DNA of 64,000 nt, from positions 19,902,001-19,966,000 of the forward strand of contig CM120641.1 in NCBI GenBank assembly GCA_051362555.1, given 5' to 3'. The position numbers and the translations under genes were made by a program. Under the pieces are notes generated by a model. That model did not search any database and was not told the origin of the DNA. It worked only from the letters and a program-made list of their open reading frames with translations. This document shows positions 39,060-52,305 of this stretch, piece by piece. The DNA is from Lingula anatina (lineage: Eukaryota; Animalia; Brachiopoda). Every line of letters begins with the position of its first letter. Positions within the stretch are counted from its first letter, which is position 1.

Positions 39060-42000
39060 ATGAGTGCCAAGTCGAAAAGAAGCCCCCGTGGCTCAAACAG
39101 TAACTTGACAGAAGCTGACGAAGCTGAAATGGATCGCATCGTCGGACGACCCGACAGTGCCCGCTCCCGTAAGAGCGCATGGGATGAAGATGGAGGCATG
39201 GACAACATGGGGTTTGACCGACCCTCCTCTGCGCGCAGCTACCGCGAGGAAGAAGAAGTCGGACGTATTGAAACCACCGATGATCTGTTCCCCACCGATA
39301 CCAGCATGGATGAGAAGAAGAAAGCCGAAGAGGCCGCCCCACCCTCCGGTTGCTGTGGAAAGTTCTTGGGTGGAATACGATGTAAGTGGAATTATCTGTA
39401 TCATTGCTTTGGTGTTACTTAAACTTGGAAATATGTATATATATTTAACACTGCTCTTAAGCAGAATATAAATTTTAAGAGTTTGAATAAATTTGTAGAG
39501 TGTTTAAGCACTTAAATGGCTATGAGGCGAGACCCCGTTTCTTAACTATTTACAGTGTAAACGTCAGTCATTCCGGAAACGTTCAGTTTTCTTGGTAAAA
39601 TAACCTGGCATAATAAAACATTCATTTGTTGTGTGTATAAGGCAAGAAAAACAGCGAGACTGAAAGGATTTCAGTTCAACCCAGTTCACAATTTATATCG
39701 CTGTCTGTATCGTTTTGATATAAGTAAACGGACCATTTACGTGCATATTAATTCTTCCAAAGATTTGCCCGTTCAGATAACATTCATTTTGGTGGATCTC
39801 TAAATTTGTACAACTGTAAAGACACTAATTTTATTTGATGATGTATAAAAAAGAAAACATGGCATTTAGATTTTTTATCCGTTCAGTTCCCTGTTTTTGT
39901 AGCTTTTTGAATGTTATTTAGGATAAGTGAGAGCTTGAATGCTGCACAATGCAACCTCAAAACATTCTACTAGACAGCCATTACTAAACTTAAGGAAATA
40001 AAGCAACAGATTTTAAACGGGTTTATGAAGATGTAATGTTGTATATGTTATACTTTGTACATAAAGAAACAAAAGGCAATATTCATTGTGTGTTGTTGGA
40101 TGATTCAGAATGATACATGTATTCAATAATATATGTATTGATCAGTGAGAGTTTTAAAGTTTTTAAACTTTAGAAATTAAAAAAATTATATGTTAATGAG
40201 GTTGACATAACCGACAATATGGATACTTTTTTAAACTAAGCATTTTTATCTAAGACTTTACAAATTAAATAAAATTGCATTTTTGTTATGGTTGAAGATA
40301 ATTTTCTTAAAAAATTGCAATGCACATTTATGTACTAATAAAAATTCAAGGAGAAAAAAATAATCTCACCCATTTGCATATTTTTATAGAGCAGTTTTGT
40401 ATATCAGTGAGCTTTCATTTATTGTTTCACTGATGTTGAAAATTAATTATGCCTAATCATGTGTTTGGTTGGCAACATTTGCCTTTCAGCTGCCCTCATT
40501 AAGTTTTGAATCTAATTATCTTATTCCATATTATTATTATTATTATTTCGTATTTTATTCATAATATTTTAAATGAGGTTTGTTTATTGGTATAAAATAT
40601 TTGCAAATATTTTTTTCTTCAAAAACATTCACTTCATATGGGAACTACTGATTATCTTATGTTGTATGCATTATGTCAGTTTCACTTTAATTTCAATATT
40701 ATTTACTTTAATTAAATGTTTGTCACAGTCACGTATTATATATTCATTTCTGCACATTTAGCACTGTGGAGAACCAGAGAGACTGTGGATGCATCAGGCA
40801 ATAAAGATCTCTACATCAAAACCACCCTAAAAGAGCTGATTATTTATCTTCTCTTTTTGGTGGTGTTATGTGTTAGTAAGTACATGTGTGCACTGGCTTT
40901 CTTTAGATTTTAGGTTTGGTTTGGTTTGGTTCTGGTTGGTTTTGGAGTGCTCTGACATTGACTTGCTGAGCATCTATTTAGAAAATATAAAACACCCTTT
41001 TTCATCAGTTGGCACATGTAGATATGACCTCCCTAGCTGTTTCCTGTGGCACCCAGCACTCAGCGTGGTAAGTAAAGTGTGAATCATCTCAGTTTGCAGT
41101 GAGTTTGTCTTACTTTTCTAACTATAACTTCTTCCAGCAATGTGGGCTACTAGACAATTGCAGTTTGAAGAGTCTACAAAAAATCAGGAACTTTACATTA
41201 AAACCACCCTGAGAGAGCTGATAGTGTATATTCTCTTCTTGGTCATTCTGATGGTTTGTAAGTATTCAGATTATATATCCGTTTTAATATAATATATTTT
41301 TATGCCTCAAGATATATTATATTCACTTTAAATTGGTTGGGGAATAATTTTTAAAGGATATAGAAAAAATGCTGAATAAATGAAAAGATATTGATGAGAT
41401 AAATAGTAATTAAGAAATGCAGTACATTTTATTGATCTCACCTTTGTATGAGACTTTGAAATGTTTGATTTTACCTGTTGAATTGATTTTTTTTTTTTGC
41501 TCTTCCCAACCCATAATCATGAATTGCTCCTTTGAAATGTTATCCATCAAGATTCATTCATACATTGATTTTTTGTCCGGTTCACAACATTTGATTGCCA
41601 TTCGATAATGTAATAGAAAGAGAGTACTAAATAATGCATTGAGTATTTGAGTATGCAATGCATTTAGCACATACAACTGAACTTGTGATGAATTTGAGTG
41701 GTGTAGAAAATTAGGAATCATTTTTACAGAAGTGAGATCAGAAATTGACATTTTTTCTTTGAATACGTTATAAAACAACAAAAACATAATAAAGTTAATG
41801 TTTTACTTACTAAATTTTCCACCTTCTCTTGGACACTTTTTTGTGATTTGTAGAGATTTTTCATACTGTTTTTTCATAGACTCTTTCTTTGTGTGGTGTG
41901 TCCAACATTAATGCCAGTAGGTCACTAATTGATATGTAAATGCATTTGTATCCACTTGACTTGGCAGGAAGTGCAACTTTGCCCTTTAGATATTCACTTT

Positions 42001-45000
42001 TCAACCAAAAGATTCTAAGCTTCAGCACCTTGAAGACTGGACTTTTAAGATTTCCATTAAAAAAGTGAACACTTCTTGAAAATCCCATTACTACATGATC
42101 ATTTTTCTCCAAACTAAAAATTGTTATTTCACATGTAATATTTTCTTGAATTTAGTACTGTATACATTGTACTGCACAAGCCTGGAAATAAAAGGGTTAT
42201 TTGTTGGATATAGAGACCATAGACCTCATTACATAATCAGATTCTTATTATTGAAATGTTTGCTTTGGCATTACTATGTGGAACTGTTATGCAGTTACCC
42301 CATCCAGGCTTTTGGCAAAATAAACTCAAGCATACCAAGTTTGTGGAAACTGAAGGCCTACTTTATTAAATGAAAGAATGGTCCCAAAGCTGTTGGTGCT
42401 TGACCCAAGTTATAGAAAAGTGTACCAAATATATGCACTGATATCAGACTGATGAATTAAATAAAATATTATTGATTGTGCTCTGCTTTTTCCTTTTAAA
42501 CTAGGATCTAAAATAAATACAATTTTTGGATATTAGATTAAATAAAAATTAGTGGAAGATTTATCTAGTTTTACCAATATTAATTACAAAGATGGTAATT
42601 TAACACAGTGTTAACTTAATATTTTTTTAATCTAAAATTCTATTTTCTGTTAGTAACCTTTGGCATGACCAGCTCCAACATGTACTACTACACCAAGGTA
42701 ATGAGTGAGCTCTTCTTGGACAACAGCTTTAATTCTAATGGACAGACCTTTCGATCAATTAGCAACCTTGGAGACTACTGGCAGGTTAGAAATATTTTCC
42801 AATGTGTATTTTATCAAAATTAATACTTTTTTCTAGTAAATGTAATGCATTAAAAAAAAAATCTTGTATTGCTTTATTTTAAGCATATTGCAGTTAAATA
42901 TCTGTGGCAAATTACTCAAAACTAGAATTTTTTTTGTTCTTTTTTTGAATGGTAAATTCATAAAGAACATGAATTTTGTTATTTCATTTCAATAAGAAAG
43001 TTGCAGCCAACAGAGGTAATTTTATGACACTGTCTCTTAAATTAAGTTCGCTCGTGGCCCTCTCATGGATGGACTGTACTGGGAAACATGGTACAACAAC
43101 CGCAACGTGTCACAGGATGAACTCGGCTTTATTTTCTACGAAAACAAATTGCTTGGTGTCCCTCGTATCCGTCAGCTGAAGGTTAAGAATGGCTCCTGCA
43201 AAGTGGAATCAAACTTTGGACATGTTATCGATGATTGCTATGGACCATATGCTTCAGGAGATGAGGACAAGTCAACCTTTGGGAAGGCAAATGGAACTGC
43301 GTAGGTTCAAAATTATATTTTTGTGAAAGTTGATTATGAAAGTGTATTTAATTTATTTACTATTATCAAAGCTTTTTTAACATTTAATAAAAGATTTAGT
43401 ACCAACTGATGTAGCACCACATGCAACTGATTTTAAACTAAAATTTTGAGAATATCTGCAAAGGGTAAGAAAATTAGATTTTACTTTTTGAAGTAAAGTA
43501 AAGTTTATAATATATCCCTTTCATGTATAGATATGTTGCTAACTGTTAGAGCCCTATTTTCAGTTGGTCCTACCAAACCTCTGAACAGCTTGATGGCTCA
43601 GGCCATTATGGCATCTTGACCCGCTATGAAGGTGGTGGCTATGTCCAGAAGCTGTCCACAACCAAAGCCAAATCCCTGGCCATCGTTGATGACCTGAAGC
43701 AAAACCTGTGGTTGACTCGTGGAACCAGGGCAGTTTTCACTGATTTCACTGTCTACAATGCCAACATCAATTTGTTCTGTGTCATCAGGTGATTGCCATT
43801 TTTTTCATTGGATATGAAAAGTTAAATGAAATTGAAAAGCATAGATAAATTCATTGAGTAATGAACTCCTTGAATAAATACATGATACAGTGGCAAATTA
43901 TGTGACTTAGGGTATAGGCTATATCAAAATCTTAAAAATAATATATATAATCTATTAGAGTTATAATCATTATTATTAATTTTATTTTTAATTGATTTAA
44001 CTAATTCACCCTTTTTGATGTTATTTCATGATATATTTTAACACATTTTCCAGACTTCTGGTTGAGTATCCTGCCACTGGTGGTGCCCTGTCCTCCTGGT
44101 CATTCCGTACCATCAAACTTATTCGCTACGTGTCAGTGGGAGACTACTTTGTCATGGCTTGCGAATGTATCTTCATTCTCTTCATCATTTACTACATCAT
44201 TGAGGAGGTTTTGGAGGTGAAGTAAAATTTTGAATACTTTAAATGTTAAAACATGTAGGTATGATGACTTTTTATGCCCAAATGATATTTTACTAGTATC
44301 ATAAAACAAACCTTGAAAGTTTGCATTTAACAAAAGTTTTTTAAATTACAGATCAAGAAACACAAAGTGGAGTACTTCAAACACTTCTGGAATGTAGTTG
44401 ACATCCTGGTGCTGGTGATCTCCTCTGTGTGTATTGCCTTCAGTATCTACCGTACCATTGCTGTGGACACCATGCTGGAGAAGCTGCTGGAAAACCCTGA
44501 GGAATTCCCTGACTTTGAGTTCCTCAGTTTCTGGCAGATGCAGTTCAACAGTGCCGTGGCTGTTGCAGTGTTCTTTGCCTGGGTGAAGGTAAATATTGGA
44601 AAATGTGAATAGGGATGCTGTACTATTTTATACAGAAATTTTTAAATTAGAAAATGAGTGTGTTTTATAGCAGCGGGTCATATTCAGGGACACTTTTCTT
44701 TTTTATTTTGACTTATTTTGTTTTGAAAATTATGAAATTATGAATTGATTAAATTGAAAAAAAAATGTAATAATTAAATACTCAAAATAAGTTGAAATTA
44801 TTAATATTGGATTTTTTTATGTAAATTGAGTATTGATCTAATCATGCCCAAAAATGTTGCAACTTCAATTTATGTTTTACAATTTTTATTTCAGGTTTTC
44901 AAGTACATCAGCTTCAACAAGACCATGACCCAACTGTCCTCCACCCTCTCACGGTGTGCTGGTGACTTGGCTGGATTCTTGGTCATGTTCTGCATCATGT

Positions 45001-47490
45001 TCTTTGCCTTTGCCCAGCTTGGTGTGCTCGTGTTTGGAGCAGTGATCAGAGACTTCAGCAACTTCTGGAACGCTGTGTAAGTTAGTTAAGAGACCATTAG
45101 ATTAAAGATGTTTGTATGTCAATTACACTGTATATATGTATTTTTGGGAGATGAGTAGTCTTTTAATCAGATTTGTTTTGTAATTTGAAGACATTCTTGT
45201 AACATCATGCCTGTTTTCTTTAACATCTTTAAACAAAAGTCAAAGTAGTAACAAAACTAATTGTGTTGATATGCATGTTTGAATTTAAGAATATAAAATT
45301 GAATATATGAAGACAATTTGAAAGCAATGAAGTGATTTGGCAATGAAAAACATTTATATTAACAAACGACATATGCTGTTTCAGGTTCACTCTGTTCCGT
45401 ATCATTCTTGGAGACTTTGACTTCAATTCCCTGCAGGACTTCGACAAATTCCTTGGCCCCCTCTACTTCTTCTGCTATGTGTTCTTCGTGTTTCTCATCC
45501 TGTTGAACATGTTCCTGGCCATCATCAATGACACTTACGCTGATGTCAAGTCTGACATAGCTTTGCAGAAGAATGACTTTGAGATGACTGACTACTTCAA
45601 GAAGGTAAGGTAGAAGAAAAACTTTAAAAATATGTTAAATGAACTTTAAGAAATATTTGGTTTAATGCTGGCTTGAAAGTAGTAAAGGCTCCTAAGATTG
45701 GAATAACCAGAGCAGTTATTCAAGTAGTAAACTTTTGTTTTTTGATAAACTATGTATAACATAAACTTTATAAAATTATTAACTTGTGCATTTTAAAGAT
45801 GATACCATAAATGCGATTATTGTATATAATTTATTTTAAATTTACAGGGCTACCAGAAGATGATGGACAAGTTGAATTTCAAGCGTGACAAGATTGTGGA
45901 CATTCAGAAGGCTCTGGCTAGTGCCGACATGGATAATGACATGGTGGTTGACTTTGATGAGTGGCGTACTGAGTTGAAGAAGTGGGTATTGTTTCATTAT
46001 GTCTTTTTTCATTTACTCTTTATCGAGTTTTAGAAGCCATTTGACATCATCTGTTAGTATTTTAACAGTTCAATTGAATGTTGTTGATTATATATGCACA
46101 AAAATAGAAATAGATCTTGGGATTAAAGGAACCAATTTCTGCTGTTAATATTTCAAAAATAATCTTTTTCAAAAATCTTATTTCTAGGCGTGGTTATGCT
46201 GACACTGAAATTGAAGCACTGTTCGCGAAGTATGATGTAGATGGTGACCGTACTTTGGATGAGTCCGAGCAAAAACAGATGGCAGTTGAACTTGAAGGCC
46301 AGAAAGTAAGCATATAATTGTAAAAGAAAAAATTAACAAGATAAAAAACCTTAATTCATCATATCTTTAAATTGGCAAATAATTTAACTGGCTTGTCTAA
46401 TTTTGTTTGATTGTTGTTTAATTGATGGTTGATTATTGTTGTTTGATTGATGAAAATTTTATCAATAACCATGCTTTTTAGTCCTCTTATTCAGTAACAC
46501 AGGGAAATTATTTTTCTCTTGAAAATTTATTCTAGGCCAAACTTGATGAAGAAGAAAATGAAATCGAAAAAGACAAAGAAATGGCACAGGCAGGTCGAAA
46601 AATGGGCGTGACAGTTGAAGAATTCAGTGTCCTACAGCGCAGAGTAGACAGAATGGAGCACTCCATTGGCAGCATTGTTTCAAAAATAGATGCAGTCTTA
46701 GTCAAGTTAGAAGCCATGGAAAAGGCCAAATTAAAACGAAGAGAAACAATGGCAAAAATATTGGACAGTATCACAGAGGTGTGTGTTAATGATATTTCTG
46801 AAAGATTTCAGTGAAATGAGATCATTATGAAACAGGAGGAGAAATAATGGCATAAAATACTGTATTCCACGGATTTTAAAAATTCACTTTTTTCATAAAA
46901 AAAACAGAAAGAAATAATAAACAAATGTGCATTTTAAGGTCATTTCCTTCCCATTATTAGTGCCTGGCCTTGAGTATTTATATTCTTTATACAACCAATT
47001 AACCACCATTTTGAAAAAGAAAATTAAAACTACAGATAAAGAAACACATTTTCTAATCATCTTTAAAGGCTGACGGTCTTGATGATGAAGAAAAGCGAGA
47101 CCAAATGGAAAGACTAGTGAGGGACGAATTAGACAAATGGGACCAAGATATAGAGACCAACAGCACAGGTGCCTCCTCGGGCTCGGACAGATCTCGGACA
47201 GCTAGCTCAAGACCACCTTCATCAGGATATGTTGGGGTAAGCATTGTTAAATAAATATTTTGAAAACAAGACTTAAAATTAAAGTAATGGATAAAATACA
47301 TAGGGTATTTTTGTAATTATTGCAGTTCAAGTATTATCTTCTTGTAATGCCAGAAATATGAAAATTTAGTTAACTTTTGTTATTTATAATGGTCACGTGA
47401 TCTGATGTGAGAGGTAACATTTTTCAAATGGTTTAAAATGATGACATTGTAATGTTTTTATACTTTGTTTGCTAACAGTCGGACTTCTAA
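39060..47490 (+). CDS. PKD2: Polycystin-2 / TRPP channel, paralog A (~840 aa)
   Basis: Exons 39060-39381, [40762-40875 or 41138-41257], 42654-42784, 43047-43300, 43564-43788, 44054-44216, 44352-44588, 44895-45076, 45385-45604, 45848-45981, 46188-46305, 46536-46778, 47069-47236, 47479-47490. Motifs [46 protein letters not shown], pore [22 protein letters not shown], two EF-hand loops, coiled coil [25 protein letters not shown]. Confidence 0.93.
40762..40875 (+). CDS. PKD2: PKD2-A exon 2a (pre-S1/S1), one of a duplicated pair
   Basis: tag...GTAAGT, phase 1-1, 114 nt: [38 protein letters not shown]. Confidence 0.85.
41138..41257 (+). CDS. PKD2: PKD2-A exon 2b (pre-S1/S1), one of a duplicated pair
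   Basis: cag...GTAAGT, phase 1-1, 120 nt: [40 protein letters not shown]. Confidence 0.85.
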
Positions 47491-47500
47491 ACATGAAAAG
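47479..47500 (+). CDS. PKD2: PKD2-A stop-containing micro-exon (SDF*)
   Basis: ctaacag|TCG GAC TTC TAA ACATGAAAAG|gtatg; homologous to 61896-61920 in paralog B. Confidence 0.7.
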
Positions 47501-50500
47501 GTATGCTGATCTGAACGTTATACCTATTTGAATATTTGTTGTTGTCTATAGTTTTCTTTGGTTTATTTTTTCTTCAGTTAACTTTTTTAAAATTCGTTGT
47601 GATTGATTAATTTGTTTTTAAAATGCAAAATAGCAATTTTTGCTTGTGATTTTAAGCTATTCGTTATATTTTAAATCGACTTTAAAGTATCATTTAAAAA
47701 CACCCGCCTTGCGCCAAGGAGTCTGTTTTGGTTGAACGCCGTTTAATCTTGTAAACTTTTCGCGTGTTTCTGTTTGGGCTACGATTGGTGTTCGTTCAGT
47801 TCTCCCTTTTTTCAGTCAGTTAACACTGCCAGAAAAGAGACTGCGCTTTCCCTTGATTCATTGTGTAGTGCTCATTCTTTCATGTTGAAATTTATACTCT
47901 GACGTAAATGCTTGAATGACTAGTTCGATTAATCAATCTCAATTGTGTCACGCCCAGTGGAACATAATTGAAGTGTAAACTGTTTTGGACAGGTATAAAC
48001 AGTGCTTTCAGTTGGTATTGATTAAACCGCCCCTAGGGAAATCATTAAATAAAAAAGTCGAGACACATTTGCAGACAAGGTAGCGATTTTAAATTCGATC
48101 GGCAAAATCAACGAAATGAATTATTTTCACTGTGTAAATCTTAGATGACATTTATAAAATCGCTATGAAAATATCCTCTGTTAGCTTTACAAAATAAAAT
48201 CTGTACAGACTTAAAAACAACCCTGTTTTGACGTTTCACCTTGAGATGAGAAAGGTGGCAAAAGTTGAATAATAAGTTTAGCTGAACGATACGTTATGTC
48301 GCCAGCCACAACAATTCGAATTTTATCAAGCTCAATTGGTAAATAAACGAACCATTCACCCATGAGAGCTTGTTCGTTTGTCTGAGCAGTCTTATTTATT
48401 TCTTTGATATTCTGACTTTTCTTTTCAGGATCGGGTTTACCAAAACAGAAAAGATTCAAGTCCAGTGTGAAATCGGCATATACGGCAGATGCCTACCGGT
48501 ACCAACCAGTTATTATTGAGATTCTGTTTTCGTTCAATTTCAATTAAATAATCCGTCCGGGGAAACTTCAAGTGTCAAGAACTACCTTTTGCCACGCACT
48601 GTCTGAGAGCGTGACCTTCACGACCACCCTTCGTGATGCGAAAGAAAAATACGTAAATGGCAAAATATAGCGTTATTTATCAAAACTTTTCCTTGACATG
48701 GACTGTTGACATCTTGAACGTCTTTTCATCAGAGTAGCCAGAATGAAATGCAACAATGTGCAATGGTCAATGTCACTTCAAAACAGCATCTACTTAAAAA
48801 GAAAAGAAGTCTGCATTGCGCGTGACTGGGAGTGAAGCAGGGTTAATTATTTATTGAGAAATGAGCGTTTTTCAGCCGGTCTGAAATGCGTTTAATTTGC
48901 TGGAGAAACGTAACTGTCTGGTCGTGCATTATTTATAAACAATTACTGTATCCATATTTATTTGTCTCATCGAAAAAACATGAAATACTCTGCCGATGTG
49001 CAAGTCTTATGTTGGATTTGTATCTATACTAGTGATATATCTATTTTTGAGTCGTTAATAGGCTTCTCGTATATATTTACAAATGTCTTCAAAGACATGC
49101 TTATCAATGTGAGATAATGTGATATTACTTGTAGGGCAATTATTTAATGAGTGGTGTCTAAAAATATTATTTTGTTCTACACTGCATTTACTTGTCAGGT
49201 TTTAACGTAAGAAAGTGAATGGTAAAGATTAGCAGCGCTTCATAGCGAGTTACTGCAACAGGTTCCTAACTGGTATGTCTATATATTGAGGTCGAGTTGT
49301 AAATTTCGCAAAATAAATGACACTATTCTTCTGTTCTAATTCTTACTGTTTCGGTCCTTCGGGTACTTTGTATATGATGCACTTTGCTTTTCCTGTTTTC
49401 TGCAGCAATAAAAGCAATTAAAATTATTTGAAAGAGTTTTTTATTTGTTTGTTTGTTTGTGATGATTTAGTCGAACTCCCTTAGATATTTAACTCTGAAA
49501 TTTATTGATTTATTTAAGATTTTGGCAGATACCTACCATGTGTTTAGGCAAAATGGTAGGCCTACCACTTTTTAATATCGGATTTACGACGGTTAAGTCT
49601 CCAAAGGAGAAATGTGCGAGCGTCTAAACTTTATCTTGGTCATTAATACGCTCGACAGTGTCGAATTGGCTTTTGGTAACATTTTCACATTTTCTAAGAT
49701 TTGAAAATATATAAATTGCTTTTTACGATGTGAGAAAAGAAAAACTAAAATGATAATATAATAACTATCTAATAAATTTTATGAAGTAAAAAAATAAATT
49801 ATGATTTTAAACAAAAACCTCTTCAATCAATCTAATTGTTGGACAAATCGACCAATAGGCAAATTAGTAAATGTAATTGATTTGCACGTTCTCATACTTT
49901 TGCCTTGATTTTCGTTAATTGCTAGACTCCATTTGATATTACAAAAATCTCAGTAAAATCTTGAATTATCCAGTCAATTCACAAGAGATATAATAAGGTA
50001 AACCTTTTGGCCATTAGTTCAGAGATGAATAAACCGGCATAAATTTTTCCTTTACGAATGTCAATCGATATTTCAGTTATCATTTATTAGAAAAATAGCT
50101 ATAAGATGATAAAATTAGAAAACGTTACAAAGAAAAGTTGGGAAGCACAATAAATAAAACTGAAAATGTAAAGTGGACGTTGTTATACGTCAGCAAAAAC
50201 GCGACCAGGCGATTAAAACTTCTCCAATAAAACATTTTTTAATCTTTGTTTAAAGTCCTTGAAACAAACTCCATTTTTGTCTTGAATTTAGATAACGACA
50301 CAAGGCATCCACTTAAGGTCAGCATAGCAAAATCAGACAGATGCAGTTGATTTAATACTTTGAAATATCCACTTTTGTTCAACACCACAAAGTCAAACAT
50401 CGAGAGGTTATCTCGGGCGAACCAACATTTATGCTTTCTTTTCATTTCTTTTTATCCCAACTGTTTAGAATCGCCGTTCTTGCTGGCGAATAACCGTGAT

Positions 50501-50927
50501 ATGTATGTAGTTTGAGTTATACTGTTATGAGTAAATCTATAAAGAAAAATACGATGAATGAAGATGATAATAATTAAGAAGTCTTGATACTCATGCTAGA
50601 CAGATAAATAGGCCTATCGAAGAGAACATATCCTTGTTTCCGTATGGTAATTAGAAATTTTATGGATTTAATTTCTTCTTTTTCATGTTACAGGTGAAAC
50701 ACAACACTTATCGAATAGTTGCATTTAAAAAGGATGATAAATGAATGATTGATTTGAGATATTGATCTACTGAATTATTATTCGTGAGGACCTTTACAGA
50801 TGAAAAAGAACCCAGTCTTCATTGATTATTAATAAAACAACTATAAAAACGGATTCCAATTCTCGTACGTGGGGTACAGACATTGATTTGCAATGCAACC
50901 TGAACATTTTAAGTTATAAATCCATAA

Positions 50928-52305
50928 CAGGGACGGATCCAAGATAATTTGAAAGGGGGTTCACGCGTGCGAAGCCGACCCCCCCCCAACCCCACCCCAC
51001 TTGGCGTGGGGTTCGGCCCGCTGAAGGGCCCCGGAAATTTTTGGTATTTTAGAGGGCGAACGGTGCCATTTGGTTCGGTTTAGAGCGATGATTCAGCTAG
51101 TCAAAATTCTAATTACAAGAGCTGACCAGAAATCAAAGGGGGGCTCCCACGTAAATTTGAAATTTGTCACCACCCACGTTTTACCCCCACGTTATGTGTA
51201 ACGTTGCACCAACGTTACTTTGAACGTGGATCCCATGTTAACTTGTAAGAAGTTTGAACGTGGCAGCAAAGAAATATTGAAAGTAGATTCTACGTAAATT
51301 TGTAAGAGTTATGAACGTGGAATACACGTTGAAGCTCCACTTTACCTATAATGTGGCAGCATCATTAATTTGAACGTGGATCCCACATAAATTTGTAACC
51401 GGTTTGAACGTGGAATACATGTTGCAGCTCCACTTTACCTATAACGTGGCAGCAACGTTACTTCGAACGTGGCGCTCACATAAATTTGTAACCGTTTTTC
51501 ACGTGGAATACACGTTTCACCCCCACGTTACCTATAACGTGGCAGCAACGTTACTTTGAACGTGGTGCCCACGTAAATTTGTAAGAGTTATGAACGTGGA
51601 ATACACGTTGCAGCTCCACGTTATCTATAACGTGGCAGCAACGTTACTTGGAACGTGGCGCTCACGTAAATTTGTAACCGTTTTTCACATGGAATACACG
51701 TTTCACCCCCACGTTACCTATAACGTGGCAGCAACGTTACTTTGAACGTGGTGCCCACGTAAATTTGTAAGAGGTTTGAACGTGGAATACATGTTGCAGC
51801 TCCACTTTACCTATAATGTGGCAGCAACGTTAATTTGAACTTGGTGCCCACGTTAATTTGTTAGAGGTATGAACGTGGAATAGGCCTACACGTTTCAGTT
51901 TCACGTTACCTATAACGTAAGAGGTTTGAACGTGGTATACACGTTACGTGTACGTGGCAGTGACGTTACTTTGAACGTGGTGCCCACGTAGATTTAATTG
52001 TAACCGTTTTTTTCGTGGAATACATGTTTCAGCTCCACGTTACCTATAACGTAGCAGCAACGTTACTTTCAACGTGGTTCCCACCAGGGGCGGATACAGG
52101 ATTATTTGAAGGGGGGGGGGGGGGTCCGCAGATGCGAAGCCGACCCCCCCCCCCCCCCCTCCTACTTCTCGTGGGGCTCGGCCCGCTGAAGGGCCCCGAC
52201 AATTTTTGGTATTTTAGAGGGCGAACGGTGCCATTGATTCAGCTAGTCAAAATTCTAATTACAATAGGGGACCCCCCTGACCCCCTCCCTCTAAATCTGC
52301 CACTG
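50928..52305. mobile_element. Composite non-autonomous DNA transposon: 5' MITE copy + 93-bp tandem array + complete MITE
   Basis: Ends CAGGGACGGATC ... AATCTGCCACTG form imperfect TIRs, flanked by CATAA direct repeats at 50923-50927 and 52306-52310. Segments ~50928-51118 and 52085-52264 are homologous (gcgaagccgacccc...cggcccgctgaagggcccc...gattcagctagtcaaaattctaattacaa). Confidence 0.7.
51145..52084. repeat. 93-bp tandem minisatellite, ~10 copies, built from AACGTG..CACGT palindromic sub-repeats
   Basis: ggcagc anchors at 51355, 51448, 51541, 51634, 51727 and 51820 are exactly 93 bp apart. Confidence 0.95.

Noticed and set aside
38871-39471. Several overlapping ORFs in other frames and strands around PKD2-A exon 1
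   Set aside because: By-product of a GC-rich coding exon; no recognisable protein.
40876-41137. Possible docking/selector pairing between PKD2-A exons 2a and 2b (gagtgct/agcactc, gctgag/ctcagc)
   Set aside because: Only 6-7 bp of complementarity, expected by chance; no matching element seen in paralog B.
51145-52084. CRISPR-like appearance of regularly spaced palindromic repeats
   Set aside because: The intervening sequences are themselves repeated (no unique spacers), there are no cas genes, and the context is eukaryotic.
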